Shown here one piece after another: positions 22,879 through 35,700 of a stretch of 64,000 nt of DNA. Below the pieces are notes generated by a model. That model had not been told where the DNA came from. It searched no databases and was given only the letters and a program-made list of their open reading frames with translations. This DNA is from Balanoglossus misakiensis (lineage: Eukaryota; Animalia; Hemichordata), in contig CM082590.2 in NCBI GenBank assembly GCA_040954595.2, positions 11,346,655 through 11,410,654 on the forward strand, written 5' to 3'. Every line of letters starts with the position of its first letter. Position 1 is the stretch's first letter. The translations under genes and the position numbers were made by a program.

Positions 22879-25800
22879 ATGGCGGACACCGACAGCAAAG
22901 GAAAGCATGACATCCGTACTTCGCTCGGAAATCCTGGCGGTTGGCTGGGTCTTTTGACGTTTTTCGTCCTGGCATTAGCCTGTCTTGTTGGCTTTTCTTC
23001 AAGATTGTTTGCAGTAATACGATTTGAAAGCATCATCCATGAATTTGATCCCTGGTAAGCGTTTCCTCTCGTCTTAATACACGTGCCTACAGTATACACA
23101 CACTCACTCACACACACGGAGAACTGTCCGACCGGTCTTTTGTACGCCGCTGATTAGTGGGCGTACTACGACAATCTAGGGTTGCAACAAGGTACTGATT
23201 GTGTTTAAATGTATCACTATGTCTATTTCTTTCCATCAGAGTGTTTATGAACATGCAATTTTTATGTTTCACGTGTGTACATCATGAGGTAGTTTGGGCA
23301 TCCAATATCGTGTTATGTACATTTCACCCAACATGCAAGACAAAGGTATAACTGTGAGTGTAGTTGATCGGCTCCTTTGATGTGGAAATCATTGGGCTAA
23401 TGATATAATATGGATAGTAGATAATTTAGAGCTTTTCATTTTGGTATCATCACTCCACTTTCTCAGTCAAACCTCAATCATGTATTGTTTCAAGTTTGTT
23501 GAACATTTTACCATGACAACAATGGCTTGTAGAATTTATACTGAGATATTTTCCCTGGATTTATGTACTGGCATCATGTTCTGCATTCCACACCATTGCC
23601 AACTGTATGATCAATAAAAATTAATTACTATGGTATATGCAGTGACAAAATGTACAGCATGTATGTCACATTTTTGGGCAGGAAGACGAGAGATTTGTCA
23701 GAAGATAATTATGTTTCGAGGGAAGGGATGAAAATGCATCATTAAACTGAATGTTAATCATGGGTGTATCAGTTCTCTTCTGGGAACATAAAACCTGCTG
23801 CAGGCCAAATTGCTGTGTCACACAGTAGTCATTTGAATTTGATGAAAACTATTAAGTAAAGCTGATCTACTGTGTCCCCCAAATCAAATTGTTAACTATA
23901 AATAAAGGAATTTGTAACTGAGGAATAGATATACTGAGCAGAAGATAAGGATATAAAAAGCCCATATGGAACTGTTGTACCTCTGATAGAGTTGCCATTG
24001 TGCTAATCATGTGTAGCAATTTGTCAGATATAATGACAACATATGAACACAGTTCACAATATGCTTCAAACAGTGAAAACTGAAAGCCCGTAAGGATCAG
24101 TACCCGAAATGACATTTTTATGAAATGTTGTTTGTAGTGTTCCACAAAACATATTTCTGTTTAAAAACAGCTTTGAAAAGGCTACTCACCTTTGTCTTTA
24201 GTTTTACAGAAAGAGTTTGCCATATTGTTGAATTTACAGAGCGACATTTGTGTTCTTGATGAAGAAATTTGAATGAACATCTGCTTTTTTGTCTCGTCCA
24301 AAACATGACCTTTCCTCACTCCAGACAATTAATGCATTTTGTAGTGTCATTGTTTTAGGCTTTTCAAAGATGAATACCCTGAAATAAATAGCACTTATTT
24401 GCCATTATTCTCACAGCTTTCATTTAATTCCTTTAATTTCAGGTTTAACTACCGTTCCACGCATCACCTAGTATCTCATGGTTTCTATAACTTTTTGAAT
24501 TGGTTTGATGAAAGAGCATGGTATCCTCTTGGAAGAATTGTTGGTGGGACGGTAAGTGATAGTGATCTGCAAATCTGTTGCACACTGTCTGAGAAGACAC
24601 CCTCAGTTCCCTGTATAGAGGTCCAACTTTACCATAGCAAACAATGGATTTGGACCAAACCATGGTGGCGAAAGGGTTAAAACAGGACTTAACCACTTAT
24701 GTTGATTTTGTTGTCTCTGTTGTTGACAGGTTTATCCAGGATTGATGGTCACTGCAGGCGCCATCCACTGGATCCTCAATACTTTGAACATAACAGTCCA
24801 TATAAGAGATATGTGTGTGTTTTTAGCACCACTATTCAGGTAAAATCTCTTACTGTTACATGTACATCGAACATTAGATTCATACTTTTTGAAAATGTTT
24901 TATAGTAATGTTGTGTATTCTGTAATGTTGTGACATGAACTGTAATCTTTTTAGTGGTAAGAGCAAATGGATTTCCTCAACACAAAATATTTGATTTCTT
25001 TTTACAGTGGTTTAACAGCTCTAGCGACATATTTGCTAACGAAAGAACTTTGGAACGCCAGTGCAGGTCTTTTAGCTGCAGCATTTATTGCCATAGGTAA
25101 GGTCAAACTTCATGAATCAATGATAGTTGCACAGACCCTGATTTCATTTATCAAGAACCAGTCAGAAAATGTCGATAACAATTAAACTTTATTATTGTTT
25201 CAGTGCCTGGATATATCTCTCGATCTGTAGCAGGATCCTTTGACAATGAAGGCATTGCGATCTTTGCCTTACAGTTTACATATTTCTTATGGGTAAGTAT
25301 CTTAACAGGTAATGGATTGAGAGGTCATAGGTTGTGTTCCAGGTGGTGCATTGTGGGTGCAGGTGTTGGGCAGAGGAGTGCATTGTGGGTAAGGCAGTGA
25401 AGAATGAAAGTGGTGCTCAGTGACAGTGGATGTGAACTATTTTTCTGAAATTATTTCAATACTGGTAAACAACAAACTTGATACTAATTGATTTTCAGTT
25501 TCATTGTGATGGAAAACAACCATTTATTCTCGGAAGTCTTTAGACTCAACAACAGTGAAACTAGAGGTAGTTTTTGTCTTCAATCATGCTGATCACAGCA
25601 CCAAAAAGTGTTGATTATCAACCATATTCTATATGCTTGATTAAAATGTTGTTGCTTTGATATTTCAGGTTAAATCGGTGAAAACAGGCTCTGTTTTCTG
25701 GGCAATTTGTACTGCATTGTCTTATTTTTATATGGTAGGTGGTTTTTGTTTACCTGTTAAGAATAACAATGTTTGTTCCATTTAGAGAAGTCAGTCTTTC

Positions 25801-28800
25801 AAACTAATTCTGAATCCCCAGATATTTTGACAGATCTTTACTTATCATTCTCCCCTGCCAGATATAACTGAAAGGTGTTAATTTAAGTTGTATGTTTAAT
25901 ATGCTTACTAACTAATTGAGATCAGCTGTGGTTTTGTCTGAAGAAAAGCTATGACGTCATGATCTTTGTAAAGTGTTTTACTCATCCACACCATTGGTGT
26001 TAACATGAATTATTCTCTTGTTTTCTTTCAGGTATCAGCATGGGGTGGTTATGTCTTTATTATTAATCTTATACCACTTCATGTTTTTATACTTATGCTA
26101 ATGGGCAGATACTCACAGAAAATCTACGTAGGTAAGTCGCAATGTGTGTGTGTGTTATCAACATGATACCAACCACCTGGTTTGAAAGTATGAAATTTTG
26201 ATAAACTTGCAATCTTAAGTTTGGCACCACTTTGTGTTGCCAATTTATTTGTCGTATCCCACTCGCCACAGTGAATGATCTGAGGAAGTACTCATCAGAT
26301 AAAAATTATGGAAAAGTTATGGAAATAAGTACCCATGCAGTAAACGACTGCCTCACGTCTCAATGATGCACAGCAAGATTTCTGCATCAGTAACTAAACT
26401 ATAATGTTGATATACTTACACTCCATTTATAGTAACATAATTGAATTTCATCATTTGTTTGTCTTCAGCATACACTGTGTTTTATATCATGGGAACACTT
26501 CTGTCAATGCAAGTACCATTTGTCGGATTTCAACCTGTCAGAACCAGTGAACATATGGCTGCAGCAGGTAAGTTTATTAACTGTGTTAGTGAGTCTTTAC
26601 CTTAACTACAGCTTCAGTGGGGATGTTTGGGACTCAGTGTACTGTCAGACACGAGAACTTCTGAAATAATGATGCCCAGTATCTAGCTTATCAACACATA
26701 GTCAGCATTGATGTTGTTGTCCAACACTGAAAACAGAACCAGGATCTCTGATACACAATCATGATTCAATTTTCTGTGCTGTGACGTTCTGTTGTGTTCT
26801 TATCTGTTCCAGGTACATTTGCGCTCATCCAAGCCTATGCTGCACTCAAATATGTTCAAGATTTTCTGACAAAGCAAGAATTCAAGTCATTATTTCTTTT
26901 TGCCATCACATCAGTTGCTGGGGTTGTATTTTTAGCTGTGGTCTATCTTACATATGCAGGTAAGCTGTTAATATCACTGGGAATTTTCTGTTCAAGATTG
27001 GTGTGAAATACAGAATGTATCTAAAAAGATGGTGGTAAAATTTTTAACAGATCAGCTCCATCCAGACAATCAAATTCTATTTTGAAGTTTCATGTTGTGT
27101 TATTTAATTTTTGATTTTGAATATGCTTTTATTTTAGGTTATGTTGCACCATGGAGTGGTCGATTTTATTCTCTATATGACACAGGGTAAGTTGATGATG
27201 ACAAACTGAGAAAAAGCTAATTTAAGACACGCCATGCAAAATTTCAGATTTTCTACACCAGGTAAAAGGCTTTCAGTGTTTCTTGCATTATTGAAGAATG
27301 GGTGCCCCTAAAGACCAGGAAAAGGGCAACATATCTAATGAAACTCACAAGCTGCACGTATAGTTGAGTAAAAATATAAATATATCTTATTTATTTGTAG
27401 GTATGCTAAAATCCACATCCCAATCATTGCATCTGTATCAGAACATCAACCAACAACATGGGTCTCCTTCTTCTTCGATCTTCACATCCTTATTTGTACA
27501 TTTCCTGCTGGTCTCTGGTTCGTCATCAAAAATATCAATGATGAAAGAGTTTTCAGTAAGTATTCAAACTCTATTTCCAGTCTCCGTGGTTACATGATTG
27601 CCATTTATGGCATACAGTATCCAAACGTCTGATTTTCCGATTGTGTTTGTGCTTTCAAGTAAAAGTCATGGTAGTAGATTTTTGAGATTATGCACGTTTA
27701 TTTTATATTCTTTTTTGCAGTTGTACTTTATGCCATCAGTGCTGTATATTTCGCTGGCGTCATGGTGCGTTTGATGTTAACACTGACTCCTGTGGTGTGC
27801 ATTCTGGCGGCCGTTGCATTTTCCAAAACATTGGATCATTATCTCTTGGATGATACTCCAAAAAAAGAGGAAGATGAAGACAGCGCAGATGAGGATGAAG
27901 AAGACGACACTGAAAGAAGAAATCGTAAAAATTTGTATGACAAGGTCAGTATGACAATAATGATCGGCATTGCAGTGTTTAACCACCCACTGGACTGGAC
28001 AGTACAAAACCAGTTTACTTGGCATTAACTGTGGAATTATTGGCTAGAGTGTGTGTGAGAGATAGACAGACAGGGACAGATAGAGCAAAGTTAAAATGTC
28101 ATACATTAATAATAATACTGTTTTATTGACAGGCGGGTAAAATTCGCAAGATCAAATCAGGTCCAACTGAAGATTCTGAAGGTTTAGGAACCAACCTTAA
28201 AGGCATCGTTGTCATGGCATTGATTATGATGTTAATGATGTTTGCTGTGCATTGTACCTGGGTTACAAGCAATGCATACTCAAGTCCCAGTATTGTGTTG
28301 GCATCGTACAATAATGACGGGTATGTAAGATTAAAGTTGACATAGCAGAAGTAAATAGCATCTGATGATTGATATGTGAAATTAAAGTGTTGTGATATGT
28401 GAAAAGAAGAATGGTCAACAAAATGATAGATACAAGTGACAGGACAATGAACAGACAAACTGTAACCTCATCATCTTAATTCCAAATTATTTTGTCGTTC
28501 TTCAAACCATGCGTAAGAAGATTGGTTTTGCAGCAGAAGAACAATTAAAAATTGACAAGCCAAGTTTATATTTTCTTTCATTCACAGAACCAGAAATATC
28601 TTGGATGACTTCCGTGAAGCGTATTACTGGTTGCGGGAAAACACGGATGATCATGCCAGAGTGATGTCCTGGTGGGATTACGGATATCAAATAGCGGGAA
28701 TGGGAAACAGAACAACATTAGTGGATAACAACACATGGAATAACAGTCACATAGCCCTGGTAAGTTAAAAGCCATTGGGTGGTTGGTTGCCGTTGGTTAC

Positions 28801-30342
28801 AGCACATGTATGGTATAATGCACTGGTAATTGCAGACAGAAATACAGACATGTACAGGTGATTTTATACGTACAGATCCATTATATTGTTTGAACTGTAC
28901 ATGTAAAGTTCAATGTCGGTAAATTTATCATTACATGAGTAGAACTGTAATGTAATGTTGACATCGAAATGAATATTTTTCTATACAGGTTGGTAAAGCC
29001 ATGTCATCAACAGAAGAGAAAGCATACGAAATCATGCGAATGTTGGATGTGAATTATGTCTTGGTGATCTTTGGTGGCGTTATTGGTTACTCCGGTGATG
29101 ATATTAATAAATTCTTGTGGATGGTACGAATTGCAGAGGGTGAACATCCCCAAGATATTAAGGTATGACGGTCTGCTGAATTTATGTCAATAAATCTGGA
29201 CTAGTACTTTCAGAATACTGTATACATCATTACATGACACCATCCACATGTTATAACTAAACACAGAGCACAGCATAGTAAAGTTCACATGAAGGCCTAT
29301 GATGTATCGTGGACTGAACTCCCCATTCTTAACTGAAACTAATCTACTCTTGTATTCCTCTCTCATTGTCCATCATAGCATGTGATGTTGACATTTCTGA
29401 CATTATTTGGCCTTTTCAGTGTGGCCTTTGAATTTTTGAAAACTGTAAAGTATTTTATTTTGTTTGACATCAACAGGAAAGTGATTATTACACTCCCAAT
29501 GGTGAATTTCGTGTGGACAGTGGCGGCTCACCGACACTTCTCAATTGTCTGATGTACAAATTATGCTACTATAGATTTGGTGAAATGCAGGTAAGATCGT
29601 CAAAGTATTTCTGACAAAGAGTGATATCAGATTCACACAACAATGAAATACATGTACCAATAATTTGAACCAAAATCATTTCTACCTAACTATGTCATTT
29701 AGTGTTGTCTAGATTGTGATCTTACAATTGATACATTGACAATGATATCACATATGTTTCTACTTTTGTTTCTTTCAGCTTGACTTCCGTTCACCACCTG
29801 GTTTCGACAGAACTCGTAATGTGGAGATTGGCAACAAAGATATTGATTTCAAACATTTAGAAGAAGCTTATACAACAGAACATTGGCTAGTGAGAATTTA
29901 TAAAGTGAAGGAACTAGACAACAGAGAAACGACACATCAACCACTCAGACAGACGAAAATAAAAGCAAAAACAAGATATAATCCAAGAAAGGTAAGTTAT
30001 TACAGCCATCAATTCCAAATAAAATCCATACCACTTCCCAGTTTACTGCCAAAGTTTGTAGTCTGGGAGACTAAACATTGGGTTCTGTGCGTCCTGTTGT
30101 CTGAGCTAGAATTCATTACTGAAGGACCACTTGTCTATGTGAACTAAGAATAAGTCAATAGGCATTTGTACATCTGGTTTGATAAATGTTGTGTATCGAT
30201 TGGTTGGGTTAACATGTTACTAATCATTGATTGGTTGGCTTACATATTTCTGCAGACTTTGAAGAAGAAGAGAGGGTATGTCAAGAATAAACCTGTCATC
30301 AAAAAAGGAAAAAGGAAGCCAAGAAACAAAAATAGGAAATAA
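22879..30342 (+). CDS. STT3B: Oligosaccharyltransferase catalytic subunit STT3B, 786 aa, 18 coding exons
   Basis: Exons 22879-23054, 24443-24551, 24730-24839, 25008-25096, 25204-25292, 25669-25734, 26032-26131, 26469-26567, 26813-26959, 27138-27186, 27401-27555, 27721-27944, 28133-28320, 28588-28759, 28989-29162, 29477-29590, 29779-29991, 30256-30342 (2361 nt). Motifs: [41 protein letters not shown]. The acidic loop with NLYDKAGK and the basic C-terminal tail are STT3B-type. Confidence 0.96.
24598..24680. mobile_element. Partial non-autonomous piggyBac-like MITE in STT3B intron 2
   Basis: Shares cagttccct.t.tagaggtcca and ends ggcgaaaggg|ttaa, like the copy at 34856-34918; the 5' terminal repeat is missing. 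Confidence 0.5.
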
Positions 30343-31907
30343 ATTGAAAACTGCCGAAGTTCATGGCTGAAATATGCCATAAAACTAATCATCAGGAAGT
30401 TAGAGAATTTTCTCTTAATTGAAAATAAGGAGGACCCAGTTGCTTTTTCAACTTTTCAATATAGTTTTGTTCATTTCAACTTCATTCCTTGAAACTGATT
30501 GTTGTCTATTTGTTTTGTCATCTGTTTTGATTTGGTATTCTTTGATTCAAACAAAAAAACTAAACAGGAAATTAACAGGTTAATTGTTTGGCAATTTTCT
30601 CTGGAAAGAATCTGTTGTGAATATCACATTTTTATTGTGAAAACAAATTTCCCGAACATTTTACACTTGTAACGTTGGCAACAACCAACTTTTCAATTTC
30701 TCTGTTCATTTGATAGAAATCTCAAAACTTGCATTTGGTCACAGTTTATTCACAATCCTGACAGGATCAAATTATTTCTTCATTAAAAAATTAGTTTGCA
30801 ACATTTCTGGTTTTCCAATTCTGTAAATGTAGTGGTGTACTTTATCATTTGTGTTGAATTCTGTAAATGTACGGTTGTGTCATAATGGTGCAAAATGGTT
30901 CTTGTTAGAGTTGGTTCCTTAATGGGGAATCCCAATGCTTATATTTCGGAACAAATCTTTTCCTGTGTTTCCGTGGTAAAACCATGGCAGCTAGGTCAAA
31001 GGTCAACTCAAATCTACTATAATAGTATTGGGTTGTCAATTTTTTTGTATAGGCAGAGATCCTGTTTATGTCTTGTTGCATTTTCTGGCTGTGGAATAAA
31101 AGAAATCATTTTTTGAAATATATTACAATTGTCTTGTATTTTATTTGATTCGAACTCAGAACCTCCGACTCATTCATGTAGCAAGCAAGTTTACACACAC
31201 TCAAATATTTGGCCAATCCTAATGCAATAGAAGATAGTTTAGTATCTGGCTGTATTTTGTTTGCTTTGCTTCCAAAAGTAACATCTGGCGTCATGCATGC
31301 CACTGGCCAATTAAAGCCTGATATCTCTCGCTAGGAATTGTTATGTGACTAGCGTCTCTTCTCTGTTTGCATGTTTGCAATATGGTCCAAATGAAACGCC
31401 AAAGTATTTTATCTATCTACTGACAAAGCAAGAGTTCAAGTGTCTTCTAATGACCAGACAGATCCAGTGAAGTGGTAAGTTATTTATAAATTATATGTGA
31501 TAAACTTTGTTTTCTACAAAAGAACCGTCTAAGCAAAATGTTGTTTGTAGTACAGTATTAGTATTTATCATGATGATGCATGACAAACTGCTTTTTTGTA
31601 TGGTGCTTATTGGCCCAGCCTGTCCTATTCAAGTGAAGTTTGACGCAACCACTGTGACGCAACTTTACAGCGGAAATGATCAACAGAATATTCTTGTGAC
31701 CTCTATCCAGAAACTGGTCGATGACTCTACATAAGTTGTCTTTCGTGGCATATATACTATATTCTCATGTATTTTATTCAATTTCTTAACACTGATCGAG
31801 TTGTGTTTATAATTTTGAACGCACAAGGTGTGTTAAAAAAACTAACGTGAAACAAATTGAAACGAGGAAATAAATTAACTGTGTTAGTTGACCCGCGCCT
31901 GAAAACA

Positions 31908-31915
31908 TGACGTCA
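31908..31915. promoter_or_regulatory. CRE in the putative TAX1BP1/CALCOCO promoter
   Basis: TGACGTCA in a CpG-containing stretch; YY1-like AAGATGGCG at 32151; a non-coding exon donor cag|gtgagt at 32369/32370. Confidence 0.5.
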
Positions 31916-32704
31916 TCTTTAAATATACAACATCACAACGCAACGTCATACGCAATTGAATCACTGGCAGGTTTGTTATATTTTGACGCGACTCATCGTG
32001 TATTTCAATGTAATACGTGTCGGATAAGCAACTGCAAGACAACATAGCACAGGTTAGTACAGAATAAGTGTCAGTATGGTGTGAAATACGCTCTATTTTA
32101 TGTAAAAAGCGCAGCGGTTTAACAATGTTTACATCCCTATTTTTGGATCCAAGATGGCGCCGCACTGTGCAGTGCAACTTTCGTTTTAAATACTCAGTAT
32201 TTAGTTTTATGTACGCGCTGAAAGGTAAAACATACCACCAGTACCATTTCTAATATTGATTAATAATTTGTTTCTGTTATACAAAGCCCTAGCAACCATC
32301 AGTTCATTTCTTATCCAAAATAAAACCGAAAAAGTGTATTGACGCGGATGTAAATAAAGTAGCCATCAGGTGAGTTCTATTGTGATATGTACTTCTATGT
32401 TTGCACTTCTTTTGGTGAGTACGATGTAGATCGACTATGTACTTCCAAATCTACCCAAACATAATCCAAACTTCTCAGAAGTACTAAAAATTCTTTTAAA
32501 TTGACCACATAATAAATTCCCCCTGAAGTGAAACCGACATGGACGGATCCCCCCCCCCCCCCGGATATTGACATGCTTATCAATATGAAAATTGATATTC
32601 ATCACTTCTAAAAATGGATAGTAACTCTTGAATTTCAAAAGACACCCTGAAAAAGTCAAACATAGCTACTTTTAATTAACAATTTATGTTTTCATTTTAG
32701 AACC

Positions 32705-35700
32705 ATGGATTCAAAAGAAGTATCTCTCGACACTGAAAAACTGGAAGCTAAATTGAGCAGATCAGACTTTGCTCAGGTGATATTCCAAAACGTTGCTGAG
32801 GCATATCCACCCAGTAAGTCGTCTTTCTTGTGTACATTACAGATGTTATTATCATGTATTGTATGTACCCGTAACATTATCCAGTCAAAACTTAGAGCAG
32901 TGACAGTTATTTTAAATTTTCTTTTCATTAGGTGCCCATGTGGAATGTCATTACACACTGACATCAGCGATTCAACCCACATCTAAAGATTGGATCGGTC
33001 TGTACAAAGTTGGATGGACTTCAACCAGAGACTACCACACATTCAACTATGCACCACCAGTCTTGGCAAACGAGGAAGAGAAAGACATTGAAGCCAGCGT
33101 CTTGTTTTCATGTACGTAATTCTCTCTCATTGTTTCTCTTGCTCAGTCTTATCAAAACCTAGTGTCTTGGAGGAATTGTTTTCCTAAGATAGCAGCAAGC
33201 TTTGACCCCTCTGGGATCATGAGAATGCAACTCTGTGAATGTCATTCTTCTGACCGAGGCAGGTTGCTAGGGGCGCCATTTTGATCAGCTGAGCTACCTG
33301 TCATGACTGCGCAGTTCAGTTTATGTACTTGCCCCAAGGACAAAGTGCAATGCAAGTCTCCATATGCCAGTTTGCTTTATAATCATACTTGTTCTAATAT
33401 CGTTGTCAAGCATCCATTATTCATTTGTTTAAAAACTTTAATATTAACCCCCCTCCATTGTTTTTTTTTGAAGTACATGTATCTGATTTAGCAAGGAGTC
33501 ATTGACGATGAGTCGCGTTTCATGATTCAATATTGAATTATCGCATGATGCCATTAGTATCATTACATTCTAATAACTTTGGATAAGAATCATAAAGTAT
33601 GAACATAACTATTTATTGTCCTAATATTTTTTGCAGCTTACTATCTGCCAAAAGAAGATGGAGAATTCTATCAGTTTGTCTATGTGAATAAAAATGGTGA
33701 AGTAAAAGGTGCCAGCACCCCTTTCCAGTTCAAGTCTCCAACAGCTGATGATTTTATTGAGATCGAGGATGAAAATACTGACATGTTACTGATCAAGACA
33801 AAAACAGCTTTCTGCGAAGAACGGCTCACTCAAGCCACTGAAGAAAAGGCCAGACTACTTAGGCAACTGAAAAAATGTGAAACAGAAAAGGGTGATTTGA
33901 GACAAAACATACAGACCCTGGAAAGTGAAATTGCAGAGCAAAAGAAGAATTATGATCAGTTGGAGGGTTGGTACAAGGTAGGACATATAATGATTACTAC
34001 TGTTTGGTGATTAAAAGGAGAGATGCCAGATTGCAGACCTCAACTTGAAAAGCGTAAGAAACAAGTTTCGGAAAGTTACAGAAATATTGATTTGAATTAT
34101 CAAGTTTGGAACAAACCTTCCCCAAACATTACACTCCACCCCACTTCTTCCCTTCACTTACCACTGTGTTGGTTTTCTTGGTTTGAAATACTTGAGTGAT
34201 TTTCACTGAATGAATGTTGCTTTGGTTTGAATTATCTAGAAAGCATTGAGTAACGGTGGTGCAATGGAAAACGAGAAATGTCTGCTGGAAAGTGAAATTG
34301 CAGAGCAAAAGAATAATTACGATCAGTTGGAGGGCTGGTACAAGGTAGGACATATTACTATTATTAGTCTATCCAAATGGCAGACCATAAACATGATATT
34401 TTGTCAAGATGAATAAATCACAATAAACTGTAAAAGACAGGATAGTTGTAGTTTCAACAGTGCAAAAGTAATCTTGAATATGGTAATTAAATTTGCCATG
34501 TTATCAGCAAACATCTGAAAGGGAAACTAAGTTATGGGGGGCTTATCTACCTTGTGTGTATGTTACTTATCTTGACTGAATGAATGTTGTTTTGTATTGA
34601 ATGTTCCAGAAAGCTTTGAGTAATGGTGGTGCAATGGAAAAAGAGAAATGTTCGCTGGAATTGAAAGTGAAAAAGTGTGAAGAAGACATCCAGACTTCGA
34701 TTGCGGAAAAAGAGTCTCTGGAAAAGGAATTGGCCGAAGTGACAGATGAAGCAGAGGGATATAAATCTGAAATTGAAGATTTACGGAAGACGATTGAAGA
34801 GTTGGAAGAAGAGATTGAGAACTGCAACAAAGAAGTTGAAACCTATAAGGTAGATTTAACCCTTTCACCCCCAGTTCCCTCTGTAGAGGTCCATGAACCG
34901 TGGCAGTGAAAGGGTTCAAACTATACATAAGACACAAAGTGTCAAAGTGTCCCTTCTAAAAAGTCTTCAGTACAGTTCTGGAAATAAGTAGAACTTTGTT
35001 CAATCTTGGAATCTTAAAATTTTGAATCTTAATTCCAGGAACATTTTCAGGCAGCGGAGGAAGAAAACAAGAAGTTGAAGGAAGAGATTGTTGTCGTTAG
35101 AGAACAGCTTTCTCAAACGGATTCTTCTCTGGAAAGAAATAAAGAAGAAGTTCAACATCTCCAATCTAGAATAGATGATGAAAAGAAGAAATTTGAAAGG
35201 CAGCTGTCTGTCTCTGAAGCTGATAAGGTAAACAATATTTGTGTACTGCAAAACGCTGAACCCCAAGTTAAATTCTATATGAGTCAGCCTTAACACTCAG
35301 CTAGCATGTGCCTTTTTATAACAAAAAATTCTGCATGTGTAACACTGTTGTCACCACTTGATAACAAAATTGATGTCCAAGTGAAGATTAATTTGTCCTG
35401 ACATGGTACTTGCCAATGTATCTACATTTCACTTAGAATCGTATCTAAGACTTTCTTGTCGAACTCAAGTCTAATTTGCCCAATCATGTTTTTGTTATTC
35501 TCAGACTCACATGAGTGCTCTTGAAGAGAAACTGAAGAATTCTGAGGACAAGATGAGAGCTTTCGAAGACACCAAAAAATTATTGACAGAAGAGCTGGAT
35601 ACTTTGAAACAAGTACAAGAAAACATGTCCAGAACATTAGAGGTTAGCAAGAGTTTTTGAAATCCATGTGCAGCTGGAATGTTTTGAGTGACATGAAATG

